DNA of 64,000 bases from NCBI GenBank assembly GCA_036514635.1, contig DATBWU010000164.1:337-64336 (forward strand), in the 5' to 3' direction. The notes below the pieces were generated by a model. The model saw only the letters and a program-made list of their open reading frames with translations. It was not told the DNA's origin and made no database searches. This document shows positions 1 through 8,895 of this stretch, one piece after another (the stretch's first letter is position 1; each line of letters starts with the position of its first letter). This DNA comes from Anaerolineae bacterium. GTDB lineage: Bacteria > Chloroflexota > Anaerolineae > Fen-1058. The translations under genes were made by a program, and so were the position numbers.

Positions 1-127
1 CACGGCCCGAGGCATCGCGCCACACAAAGCGGCCTGCGCCGACCTTCGCCCAGGCCACGGCGATCGCGTCGAGCAGCGCCGCGTGTCGTGAAATGAATGT
101 CGCCAGTATCTCAGAGCGCTCGGTCAT
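1..127 (-). CDS. 5' end of an unidentified CDS running off the left edge (MTERSEILATFISRHAALLDAIAVAW...)
   Basis: ATG at 127..125 on the minus strand, and the frame stays open to position 1. It is absent from the ORF track because it has no stop in the window. No recognisable motif. Confidence 0.3.
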   Translation of the reverse strand, partial: MTERSEILATFISRHAALLDAIAVAWAKVGAGRFVWRDASGR

Positions 128-271
128 CGGGTCCACAACGATCCTCGCAACCGTCCAGGCTAATTGTAATCCGATCGATCGCGTCGTGTGAGTGACAACT
201 TGATGAAGAAAGCGCCGCACAGCGTGTGCCAATTCACGCCAAACGCCGATCAGTGTTTTTATCTGGAGCAG

Positions 272-300
272 ATTTAACACTGGGCAAACTGGATGTTCAA
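272..300 (-). promoter_or_regulatory. sigma70-like promoter candidate for the left-edge gene
   Basis: The minus strand reads TTGAAC-N17-TTAAAT (-35 at 300..295, -10 at 277..272), about 140 nt upstream of the ATG at 127. Confidence 0.25.
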
Positions 301-518
301 TTGGTTTGACACATGAAACGGGCAACGCTATAAACTGTAACGGGAGCGCGACACGACCACTCCATGCAACTGAAGCGGTCGCCTGGATCGAGTTTCTGGA
401 ATGTAAATGTGACGAGAACGGCGCGCCAGCCTGGTTTGTGGGATCGGGGGAATGAAGGGATATCGATGCCGTCGAACGCAGCCCCAGGCTGCGACAAAAA
501 CGAAATCGGGTTCCTCCG

Positions 519-1802
519 TCACTGTATCCGGTCGAGGAACTTGTACCCTAGCGCGACCAAGGGCAGGAACCATGGCCGGCCGTCATAGAGAGGTATCGCG
601 CGAAACTTCATTGCCCGGAAAGGATTCTGATCGTCTCTGCCCAACATCACGTCGGCCATCTTCGCGCCGAGATAGGTCGCCATCGCCACGCCGTGGCCGG
701 CGTAGCCTGCCGCGTAATAAACGCCGTTCTCGAACCGGCCCGCATGGGGCAGCCGGTCAAGCGTGAAGCACACGTTGCCGCTCCACACGTACTCGACGCG
801 GACATCACTCAACTCCGGAAATATGTGCAGCATGTCGCGGCGCAGAATCTCCGCGCTCTGGCGATCCGAGTCCGCTGTCGGCGGCACGAATGCGGCGCGC
901 CCGCCGAAAAGCAATCGGTTGTCGCTCGATAGACGGTAGTAGTGCAGGAAATTCTTTGAGTCCGATACGACCCGACGGTTCGGCAACAGCCGATCGGCGA
1001 TGTCGGAGCGCAGCGGCTCGGTGGCGATGATGTAGGAGCCGATGGGGATCACGCGGCGGCGCAGCGCGGGCAGGGCCGCATCGGTGTAGCCGTTCGTCGC
1101 GACCAGCACCGCGCCCGCTTCGATCGTTCCTCTGCCGGTCTCGACCTTGAAACGCGACCCGCTCCGCTCGATTGCACGTGCGGGGGTCTTCTCCAAGAAC
1201 GTGGCCCCGGCGCGCTCGGCGGCACGCGCCAGCCCGCGCACGTATTGTGTGGGATTCAGCCGTGCACTGTGCGGATCGACCATCAGGCCATAATAGGCAT
1301 CCGTGCCGATCTCGCGGCGCTGTTCGGCGCGCGGCACGATCTGGAAATGGCAATCGAACTCGCGCGCCAGCAGTTCCTGCGTGCGCTTGAAGCCCTCAAA
1401 GTGCTTCGACTTGCTGGCCGCGTCGATGTTGCCGCAACGCACGAACTCACACTCGATGCGCTCTTTGGCGATCAGGTCCTCGACAAACTGAATCGACTGC
1501 GTCGTCGAGGCGTACAAACGCTTGGCCGTGGGCAGCCCGTAGCGGGCAATCAGCGTCTGCACGCCGAGTTTCAATCCGGTGAGCACCTGCCCGCCGTTGC
1601 GCGAACTGGCGCCCCAGCCAATTGTCTCCTTCTCCAGCACGGCGACTGACGCGCCCGACTTCGCCAATTGCCGCGCCGCCGACAGGCCGGTGTATCCTCC
1701 GCCGATCACGACGGCATCCACGCGCGGCGGCAAAGGCCGAGCAGTGTAAGCCGGTAGCGCCGGGGCCGTGTCCCACCAGTAAACGGACGCCTTGAAGGTC
1801 AC
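519..1802 (-). CDS. FAD-dependent oxidoreductase (DadA / glycine-D-amino-acid oxidase-like)
   Basis: N-terminal dinucleotide-binding motif VVIGGGYTGLSAARQLAKSGASVAVLE. Likely start is the GTG at 1802, which forms a GTGA overlap with the stop of the upstream pabBC-like gene (1801..1799). The ORF track extends to 1838. Confidence 0.8.
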   Translation of the reverse strand: MTFKASVYWWDTAPALPAYTARPLPPRVDAVVIGGGYTGLSAARQLAKSGASVAVLEKETIGWGASSRNGGQVLTGLKLGVQTLIARYGLPTAKRLYASTTQSIQFVEDLIAKERIECEFVRCGNIDAASKSKHFEGFKRTQELLAREFDCHFQIVPRAEQRREIGTDAYYGLMVDPHSARLNPTQYVRGLARAAERAGATFLEKTPARAIERSGSRFKVETGRGTIEAGAVLVATNGYTDAALPALRRRVIPIGSYIIATEPLRSDIADRLLPNRRVVSDSKNFLHYYRLSSDNRLLFGGRAAFVPPTADSDRQSAEILRRDMLHIFPELSDVRVEYVWSGNVCFTLDRLPHAGRFENGVYYAAGYAGHGVAMATYLGAKMADVMLGRDDQNPFRAMKFRAIPLYDGRPWFLPLVALGYKFLDRIQ

Positions 1803-3613
1803 GCCGTTCCTCCAGCCTCCAGCACCGCATCGATCCACTTGCGCACCGAGTTGATCAGATACATCGTCTGGCCGTCCTTGATCTCCTCCAGCCGGATCAC
1901 TCGCTCGCGGATGACATTCTGTTCCAGAAGCCAGGCGCGGAATGTGCCCGGCAGTAATCCGCAGGTCACCGGCGGCGTGACGAGCGCCCCGTCCTTTTCG
2001 ACGACGATGTTGGCGATGGTCGATTCGGTGAGCTCGCCGCGCTCATTCCACACCAACACATCATCGTAGCCGGGTCGGGCTGCGCGAGCCGCTTCATAGG
2101 CCGGGCGGCGGGTCGTCTTGTGGTATAGAAAAGGATCGTTCGAGTCGATGGGCTGCGCGGCCAGCGCCACGCGCGCGGGCTGCCGGATTGGGATGCGGTC
2201 GAGCGGCGTGGCCCGTACATCCAATCGGCCCTGCCGAGACACAACCAATTGCACCTTGTGGTCGCAGCGATCCAGCGTTGGGCTTAATGCCGCGAGTCGC
2301 TCGCCAACACGCTGCACGTCGAGGGGGATGCCGAAGTACTCTGCCGAGTCGGCTAATCGCTGTGTGTGTCGATCGAGCAAGAAGTAGCCCGACTCCGGTG
2401 TCCATAACAGTGACTCCAACAGATCGAAGTCGCGCCGTGCCTGCGTCAGCACCTGGGCCTTCAACTGGCACTCGCGATATTCATCGGCTGCATCCGAATC
2501 CCATACGATCCCACCGCCTATGCCGTACTCGGCCGTCCCCGCCTTGCGATCGATCGTGACCGTGCGGATCGCGACATTGAACTGGGCGGTGCGTCCCGGC
2601 GCGAGGTAGCCGATGCAACCCGTGTAGACGCCGCGTGGTTCGGTCTCTAGCTCGGCGATGATGCGCATGGTGCGAACTTTCGGCGCGCCGGTGATCGACG
2701 CGCAGGGGAACAGCGCGGCCATGATCTGCCACCACGGCGCATCGGTCCTGGCTGTGGCGGTCGAAGTCATCTGCAATAGGGTGGGATAGCGTTCGATCGC
2801 AAACAGGGTCGGCACGCTCACCGATCCGATGTCGGCGATGCGCCCCATGTCGTTGCGGATCATGTCGACGATCATCACGTTCTCGGCGCGGTTCTTCTCG
2901 GAGTTTCGCAACCACTCCTGCTGAGCGCGGTCTTCGGCGAGCGTCCGGCCCCGTGCCGCCGTGCCCTTCATCGGCTTCGATATCAGGTCGCGCCCCTCCA
3001 GGCGAAAGAAGAGTTCGGGCGAGACGGAGCAGATCACGTGCGGCCCGGTATCGACAAAGGCGGAGTAGCTCGCCTGTTGCGCGCCGACCAGCCGTAGAAA
3101 AAGGTTCCACGGGTCGCCGCGGAATTGGGCGCGCAGACGGTAGGTGTAGTTGACCTGATAGGTATATCCATCGGCAATGTCTTGCTTGATTCGAGCAATG
3201 GCTTGCGCGTACCCGATCCAATCGATCGAGGGCGTCCATTCACCGAGGGAGTAAGCCGAGGGTTCGGAAGGTGACGGCAGATCGATGGGGGCCACACGAT
3301 CATACAGGCCGAACCACATTAACGGCAGTGACTTTGGCGCGCGAACGGCCAGTGCCGGGTCGAACGCCGGCGCGGCTTCATACGACACGAAGCCCGCCGC
3401 GTGCAGGCCGCGCTGGGTGACAGCCTGTTCCACGTACCTCAATTGCGGCAGAACGCTGTCGAGGTTATCCGCCATGACGATCTCGACCGGATCGCGAAAG
3501 CGAAGCCAGCCGAGTTGTTCGCCCCGGCGCAGGACGACTTGACCGGCCCCACCGCTCACCCCACTGCGCGGCGCATGTGTTGCCGGCGGAATGGCTGAAT
3601 GGGGCGGGGGCAC
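1799..3613 (-). CDS. pabB: aminodeoxychorismate synthase component I fused to a class IV aminotransferase / ADC lyase-like domain (PabB-PabC fusion)
   Basis: Chorismate-binding enzyme motifs SPELFFRLEG...KPMKGTAARG and PCASITGAPK...EPRGVYTGCIGY. The C-terminal ~270 aa resemble a class IV aminotransferase (LLESLLW...FLYHKTT...NERGELTESTIANIV). Confidence 0.8.
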   Translation of the reverse strand: MPPPHSAIPPATHAPRSGVSGGAGQVVLRRGEQLGWLRFRDPVEIVMADNLDSVLPQLRYVEQAVTQRGLHAAGFVSYEAAPAFDPALAVRAPKSLPLMWFGLYDRVAPIDLPSPSEPSAYSLGEWTPSIDWIGYAQAIARIKQDIADGYTYQVNYTYRLRAQFRGDPWNLFLRLVGAQQASYSAFVDTGPHVICSVSPELFFRLEGRDLISKPMKGTAARGRTLAEDRAQQEWLRNSEKNRAENVMIVDMIRNDMGRIADIGSVSVPTLFAIERYPTLLQMTSTATARTDAPWWQIMAALFPCASITGAPKVRTMRIIAELETEPRGVYTGCIGYLAPGRTAQFNVAIRTVTIDRKAGTAEYGIGGGIVWDSDAADEYRECQLKAQVLTQARRDFDLLESLLWTPESGYFLLDRHTQRLADSAEYFGIPLDVQRVGERLAALSPTLDRCDHKVQLVVSRQGRLDVRATPLDRIPIRQPARVALAAQPIDSNDPFLYHKTTRRPAYEAARAARPGYDDVLVWNERGELTESTIANIVVEKDGALVTPPVTCGLLPGTFRAWLLEQNVIRERVIRLEEIKDGQTMYLINSVRKWIDAVLEAGGTA

Positions 3614-3617
3614 GTCT

Positions 3618-3827
3618 CTACGCCTTGATCTTTGGCTGTAGTGTCATCAGATGCTCGGCGGCCTCTCGAACTGTGACCTTGCCATCCGCCAGCATTTGCT
3701 TCAAGGCATAATCCTGTGCCGTCGTCAATGGATACCCTTGATCGATCTCGACATCGAGGCGCAATTCGGTCGCGTAACGCGGCTGCGCATTTAGACGCCT
3801 CTTCGCATTTCGTATCTTGATGGGCAT
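3618..3827 (-). CDS. small hypothetical protein (69 aa, MPIKIRNAKRRLNAQPRY...)
   Basis: Internal ATG at 3827 preceded by GGAG at about 6 nt. Lies between the CBS and pabB genes on the same strand. No recognisable family. Confidence 0.35.
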   Translation of the reverse strand: MPIKIRNAKRRLNAQPRYATELRLDVEIDQGYPLTTAQDYALKQMLADGKVTVREAAEHLMTLQPKIKA

Positions 3828-3953
3828 GGGTATCTCCGACGGTTGAATTGCCTGACAATTATAGCCGATCCAGAAACGAGGCCGCGCGCCCGCGCGACCT
3901 CGTTGTGTGATTACCAACCCACCCACAGACTTCAGAGCCTAAGGGTGGAGCTT

Positions 3954-4394
3954 CTACTCGCTGAGCAAGTTGATGAAGCACTGCAACACGTCGGTCTCGG
4001 TGACGATGCCGACCAGCCGGCTGCCTTCGACAACGGGGATGCCGCCGAACTTGCGATCGTGCATCACGCGCACGGCGTCGAGCACTGAGGCGTCGGGCGC
4101 TAGCGTGACTGGATTGGGCGTCATGCACGCGGCGATCAGCACGCTATCGAGCAGCGCCTGATCCTCCCGGCGCTCACGCATGATGAACGGCGAGTTCAGC
4201 GCCAGGCGCACGTCGCGGTCGGAGACAATGCCGACTAGTTTGTCGCCGTCAACCACGGGCAGGCGGCGGCATTGATGCTGGCGCATGACCTCGGTCGCCA
4301 CGCGCAGCGGATCGTCGGATCGAACCGTCACCGGATTGCGGGTCATGATCTCGGAGAGGCGTGGGGGCTTCATCTTGCGAGCATCCGTGTGCAT
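3954..4394 (-). CDS. CBS domain pair protein
   Basis: Two CBS repeats (IMTRNPVTVRSDDPL...RRLPVVDGDKLVGIVSDRDV and CMTPNPVTLAPDASV...GGIPVVEGSRLVGIVTETDV). The ATG at 4394 overlaps the receiver gene stop by 1 nt (TGATG). Confidence 0.8.
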   Translation of the reverse strand: MHTDARKMKPPRLSEIMTRNPVTVRSDDPLRVATEVMRQHQCRRLPVVDGDKLVGIVSDRDVRLALNSPFIMRERREDQALLDSVLIAACMTPNPVTLAPDASVLDAVRVMHDRKFGGIPVVEGSRLVGIVTETDVLQCFINLLSE

Positions 4395-4765
4395 CAAGGC
4401 TCGGCCATGCTGTGGCCGAGGATCGCTTCGGCCAGCCGGTTCGAGTCGATGTCCTTGAGCAGATAGTCTTCTGCGCCCGCGTTTAGTGCGACCTGGCGCT
4501 CAAAATCGTCCAGATATGACGTGAGTGCGATCACGCGCACCGATGGACTCTCGGCGCGGATCGTGCGCAAGGCCTCCATTCCTCTGCCGTCGTTCGACTT
4601 CGGTTCGAGCAGCACGACATCGGGCCGTAAGGTGCGCACCTGGGCGATGCCCTGGCGGCTGTCGCCGGCCATTCCAACGACGTTGATCCCCGGCACGCGG
4701 CTCAGGCGCAAGGCCAATGCCTGCCGCGTCGATGTGTGACTGTCAATGATAAATAGCGTGGTCAC
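4394..4765 (-). CDS. stand-alone receiver-domain protein, atypical (Glu at the expected phospho-acceptor position)
   Basis: CheY-like fold signature (LTSY Thr, YLLKD Lys). The acidic pocket reads IIDSH, and the acceptor position reads DVVLLEP where NarL-type receivers have LLD. No output domain. Confidence 0.75.
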   Translation of the reverse strand: MTTLFIIDSHTSTRQALALRLSRVPGINVVGMAGDSRQGIAQVRTLRPDVVLLEPKSNDGRGMEALRTIRAESPSVRVIALTSYLDDFERQVALNAGAEDYLLKDIDSNRLAEAILGHSMAEP

Positions 4766-4954
4766 GGCACAAAATGTTTTCCCCGCTCTCGCACAGCACG
4801 GCTTATCCCTGGCTGGATGTCACGAGTATAGAGGCTGGGCTGAGGGGCTTTGGAGTGACATTCGTCCCCGTTCGTGCCTGACGGATGTAAGAGAGTGTCT
4901 TGATGGCCTACGGAGCGAGGTGAGGCCACCTTGTCTCCAAGCCGCCAGGCCCTA

Positions 4955-6646
4955 TCAGGCATCGGCCAGTGTGAATGGCATGCGCACCTGGATGCGTGTG
5001 CCGTTGCCCGATGCGCTATCGACAAGCCATTCGCCATTCAACACCCGCGCGCGCTCCTCCATATTGCGCATGCCGTGACCGGCGATTTTATTCACCGTGG
5101 CTACGTCGAAGCCACGACCATCGTCTTTCAACTCCAGCACCAGGTGTTCGTCTTCGTAGCTCAACGACAATTTGACGTTGCGCGCGCGAGCGTGCTTGGC
5201 GATGTTCGCCAGTCCTTCCTGCACGATGTGGAACAAGCCGTTCGCTAATCCCGGCCCGATCAGCGCGCTCAGCCTCCGGTCGATCGCCAGATCGACGTTG
5301 ACGAAGGTGTTGGCCCGGAACGCCCGCACCAGTTCGAGCAGGCCGGTCGCCAGGTCTTTGCCCTCAAAGCGCTGCGGGCGCATGTCCAGGATGTAGGAGC
5401 GGAGGTCGCGGATCGCTTCGTTCAGGCCGTCGATCGCCTGGCCCAGGCGCTCGCGCGTCACCTGGGGTTGCTCGTCGAGCATGAGCGAAGCGTATTCGAG
5501 CGTCAGCCCGACGGCGTAGATCGACTGGATGATGCCATCGTGGAGTTCCATGCCGATGCGGGCACGCTCTTCGATCACGGCCAGCCGCCGCACCTCGCTA
5601 TACAGGCGCGCATTCTCCACCGCCACGGCGATCTGCTGGCCGATCGCTTTCAGCAGGATCAGATTTCGCTCATCGAATTCTCTGGCGCGGCGCAATCCCA
5701 GCAGCAGTACGCCGATCACGCGCTCTTTCAGCAGCAGCGGGACACAGACAATCGACTTGATGCCGGCGCGGACGACCTCTTTGCGCGCGAAGCGAGTATC
5801 CTGGCTCAGGTCGGAGGTGATCAGCGGCTCGCCGGTTTCGGCGACGATGCCCGGATACCCCACGCCGCGCTCGAAGCGGGTCTCCGCGTAGAACGCATCG
5901 GCCAGATTGCCGCGATGCATGGCGCGCACCATGTCGCCGGTTGGGTCGTCGCGCAGGAACACCTCGCCCGCGTCGGCTTCCATCATCAACAGCAGCTTGT
6001 CGAGCGTGTCGCGCAGCAGCGAATCGAGGTCGAGCGACTGGGCGGCCGTGGTCGCGACGGTGTTCAGCGTTTCCAGCTCGCGATTGCGTTGGGCCAGTTG
6101 CCGCCCGCGCTCCACGGTCTCTTGCATCAAGCGCGCGTTGTCGATGGCGATGGCCGCGTGCGACGCGAGCATCACGATCAGCCGCTCGTCGTCTTCGCTG
6201 AATTCGGGCGCGTCGATCTTGTCGGCGAGATACAGGTTGCCCAGCAGCCGCCCGCGCGACAGGATCGGCACGCCCAGGAACGAGTGCATGCGGGGATGGT
6301 TGAGGCAAAAGCCGGCGGAGCGCGGATCGGCGGATATTTCCTGCACGCGGATCGCATGCGGCTCGCGCAGCAGCACGCCCAGCAAGCCCTCGCCGCGCGG
6401 CAGGTGAGCGATTCGCCCTGCTTGTTCAGGCGTCATTCCCGAATAGATGAACTGCTCCAGCCCGCCCTTCCCGTCGGGCACGCCCAACGCGCCGTACTTC
6501 GCGCCGACTAGCTCGCGCGCCAGATCGACGATGCGTTGAAGAACGCGGTCCAATCCCAGTTCGGCGGTGATCGCGATCGTCGCTTCGTTCAGCGCTTCCA
6601 ACTGCGCGCGCAGTTTGCGCTCGGTCGATTCTTGTCGAGACAGCAT
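4955..6646 (-). CDS. GAF-GAF sensor histidine kinase, HisKA_3 (NarX/LiaS-like) type
   Basis: Two GAF-like regions. H-box RIGMELHDGIIQSIYA. HATPase motifs NIAKHARARN, DDGRGFD and GHGMRNMEERA. Confidence 0.85.
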   Translation of the reverse strand: MLSRQESTERKLRAQLEALNEATIAITAELGLDRVLQRIVDLARELVGAKYGALGVPDGKGGLEQFIYSGMTPEQAGRIAHLPRGEGLLGVLLREPHAIRVQEISADPRSAGFCLNHPRMHSFLGVPILSRGRLLGNLYLADKIDAPEFSEDDERLIVMLASHAAIAIDNARLMQETVERGRQLAQRNRELETLNTVATTAAQSLDLDSLLRDTLDKLLLMMEADAGEVFLRDDPTGDMVRAMHRGNLADAFYAETRFERGVGYPGIVAETGEPLITSDLSQDTRFARKEVVRAGIKSIVCVPLLLKERVIGVLLLGLRRAREFDERNLILLKAIGQQIAVAVENARLYSEVRRLAVIEERARIGMELHDGIIQSIYAVGLTLEYASLMLDEQPQVTRERLGQAIDGLNEAIRDLRSYILDMRPQRFEGKDLATGLLELVRAFRANTFVNVDLAIDRRLSALIGPGLANGLFHIVQEGLANIAKHARARNVKLSLSYEDEHLVLELKDDGRGFDVATVNKIAGHGMRNMEERARVLNGEWLVDSASGNGTRIQVRMPFTLADA

Positions 6647-6771
6647 TCCCCCATCCTAATAAAGTCAACAACCTGCGAGCCGGGTCGGGAATCCGGCCCG
6701 ATCCAGATCCAAGGTATTGCCTGAGAGCATATTCGAAGCGGTCTATGGACAAGTATAGCATAAGCGAGCGG

Positions 6772-6800
6772 TTGACCAAGCGCACTCGCTTGATTATACT
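6772..6800 (+). promoter_or_regulatory. sigma70-like promoter candidate for the R-M operon
   Basis: TTGACC (6772-6777), a 17-nt spacer, then TATACT (6795-6800). It sits about 55 nt upstream of the methylase ATG in an AT-rich spacer. Confidence 0.4.
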
Positions 6801-6855
6801 AAGGCCTGCTTTTCCACACCGGCTTTGACATTTCATACGCTTGAGTCGTACTCCT

Positions 6856-8895
6856 ATGGCTAGAAGAGTCTTGAAGGAAGTTCGCCAACTGGCGCTTGAT
6901 GAGATGTTTCGCGCCCCGGCTACAGGCGATACGGTCGCCATTGACTTTGCGTTCCCCGAACGATTTGCCGATCGGTTAGCCCAGCAGGAAACCTTTAACA
7001 AACATCTCTTTCGGCCTAACACCTATCTTCATAAATGGTGGGCGCGGCGCTGCGGGACGACGTTCCGGGCTATCTTGAAGCAATTCGTGCCCGATCCTGA
7101 GCGTCGCGATTTCTATACGCCAGGCGGCCTGGAAGGCAAGACCGTTCTTGATCCAATGATGGGCGGCGGCACAACGCTGCACGAGGCCATTCGTCTGGGC
7201 GCGAAAGTGATCGGTGCTGATATAGACCCCATCCCGGTGGTCCAGGCGCGAGCCTCGCTGACGCAGGCTTCGCTCAAGGAACTGCGCGAGGCTTTTGATG
7301 GGTTCTTGGGGGACTTGTATTGCCGGGTCGGTCATTATTTCCAGACCGAGTGCCCACACTGCGGGAAGACTCTTGATGCGCAGTACATCCTTCACGGCTT
7401 GCTCAAACGATGTGCTTGTGGAGAGGCTGTCCAAATCGATCAGTATGAACTGCGTCAAGAGGCAGACCGGACCCTTCGCATCTCACCGGATAATTGGGAA
7501 ATCACTGAAAACGAAGAGCCTATAAAAGCGGGAACCAAGAAAGTATTGCGCCTTATCGTCAAAGGTGAAACGGTCTGTCTCAATTGTGATCAGAAGTTTC
7601 AAGAACGGCTAGACCTCCCGTTTTACGCCCGCTATGTCCCTATTGCTATTGTGGGCAAGTGCGATGTGCATGGCGTTTTCTTCCGCGCGCCTGGCTCCTC
7701 TGATCGGGATCGCATTCGCGAAGCTGATCGGCAACGATCCGCGCTCGATTTCGCTCCGGTGGAGCACTTCGCTGTGAAGGACGGCCCGAAGTCCAGCGAT
7801 CTCCTTTCGAAAAACATTCAATCCTATCTCGATGTCTTTTCTTCGCGCCAGCTTCTCTATTTATATCATTCCATTCAGCTCCTCCGCGATTATCAAAGTG
7901 TAACCAAACTCAACCTCGCTATGCTCGTGTCGACATCGCTTGAGTTCAACTCGATGCTCTGCGGCTATAAAGGATGGTTCAAGCGCCGGCCCGGGGCGAT
8001 TCGGCATGTGTTTGCCCTGCACGCCTATGCCTTTCAGTATACCGTCGCTGAGAATAATCCTGTGAACCGCGAAAAATCTTCGGGTAATCTACAACTCCTT
8101 TTTCGAGACCGTATCGAGCGTGGGCGCAAATGGGCCATAGCGCCTGTCGAGCGCAAGATTGATCGTGCCGGTAAGATACAGGTTGTGAAGGTTCCCGGTG
8201 AGCTGGATGGAGGTATTGAGGTTCACGATCAGATGTCTTTGATGGCCGCCGAGCGCCAGGCTTTCTGGCTGATTCATGGTGATTCACGCCAGTTACCTGT
8301 TGATGATCATTCTGTCGATTTCGTCGTCACCGATCCACCTTACTACGATAACGTACAATACAGCAACCTGGCCGCCTTCTTTCGAGTCTGGTTGGCGCAC
8401 CTGCTGCCGTCGGACGTCAACTGGGCCTATGATGAGGCTCAGAGCGCCGTGGCGACGAAAGCGACGGACGACGACTCTGGTTTTATGAGAGTGATTTCAG
8501 GCATCTTTCGAGAAAGCGGGCGCGTCCTCAAACGGCGCACGGGCCGGCTGGTCTTTACTTTTCATCACTGGGATCCCAATGCCTGGGCTGAGCTAACCAT
8601 CGGCTTGAAGAGGGCCGGCTTCAAACTGACTAACTATTACGTTGTGTCCTCAGAGCACCCGGTTTCAGTGCATATCAACAACCTCAACGCGATTAAGCAT
8701 GATGCGATCTTGGTGCTTGCTCTGGACGGGGATTCACCGACTGCGCACTGGCCGTCTCTGACCACAATCGACACAACGAAAAGCGAAAGATTCTGCCAGC
8801 AGTGTAGCGCAACACTAGGCTGGTTATTGGAAAGCCCGCACTCGGCTGTAGAGATTCGGACGCTCTGGAAGAGTCTCATCCAGGAGCGAAGCTAA
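6856..8895 (+). CDS. DNA methyltransferase, DUF1156/COG1743-like (amino-MTase with Zn-ribbon insert)
   Basis: DUF1156-like signature LHKWWARRCGTTFRAIL. SAM-binding VLDPMMGGGTTLHEAIRLGAKVIGADIDP. CxxC...CxC ribbon (ECPHCGK...CACGE). Catalytic motif IV VVTDPPYYDNV near the C-terminus. The ORF track starts at TTG 6841; ATG 6856 is preferred. Confidence 0.8.
   Translation: MARRVLKEVRQLALDEMFRAPATGDTVAIDFAFPERFADRLAQQETFNKHLFRPNTYLHKWWARRCGTTFRAILKQFVPDPERRDFYTPGGLEGKTVLDPMMGGGTTLHEAIRLGAKVIGADIDPIPVVQARASLTQASLKELREAFDGFLGDLYCRVGHYFQTECPHCGKTLDAQYILHGLLKRCACGEAVQIDQYELRQEADRTLRISPDNWEITENEEPIKAGTKKVLRLIVKGETVCLNCDQKFQERLDLPFYARYVPIAIVGKCDVHGVFFRAPGSSDRDRIREADRQRSALDFAPVEHFAVKDGPKSSDLLSKNIQSYLDVFSSRQLLYLYHSIQLLRDYQSVTKLNLAMLVSTSLEFNSMLCGYKGWFKRRPGAIRHVFALHAYAFQYTVAENNPVNREKSSGNLQLLFRDRIERGRKWAIAPVERKIDRAGKIQVVKVPGELDGGIEVHDQMSLMAAERQAFWLIHGDSRQLPVDDHSVDFVVTDPPYYDNVQYSNLAAFFRVWLAHLLPSDVNWAYDEAQSAVATKATDDDSGFMRVISGIFRESGRVLKRRTGRLVFTFHHWDPNAWAELTIGLKRAGFKLTNYYVVSSEHPVSVHINNLNAIKHDAILVLALDGDSPTAHWPSLTTIDTTKSERFCQQCSATLGWLLESPHSAVEIRTLWKSLIQERS

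Noticed and set aside
128-518. 390-nt gene-free region inspected as a possible riboswitch or ncRNA upstream of the left-edge gene
   Set aside because: I could not find diagnostic boxes of the riboswitch classes I can recognise by eye (B12 box, TPP, glycine, SAM). Only a weak promoter match is reported. An Infernal/Rfam scan would be needed.
5468-6511. 347-aa plus-strand ORF antisense to the GAF histidine kinase
   Set aside because: Same shadow-ORF artefact. The minus-strand product has a clear H-box and ATPase motifs.
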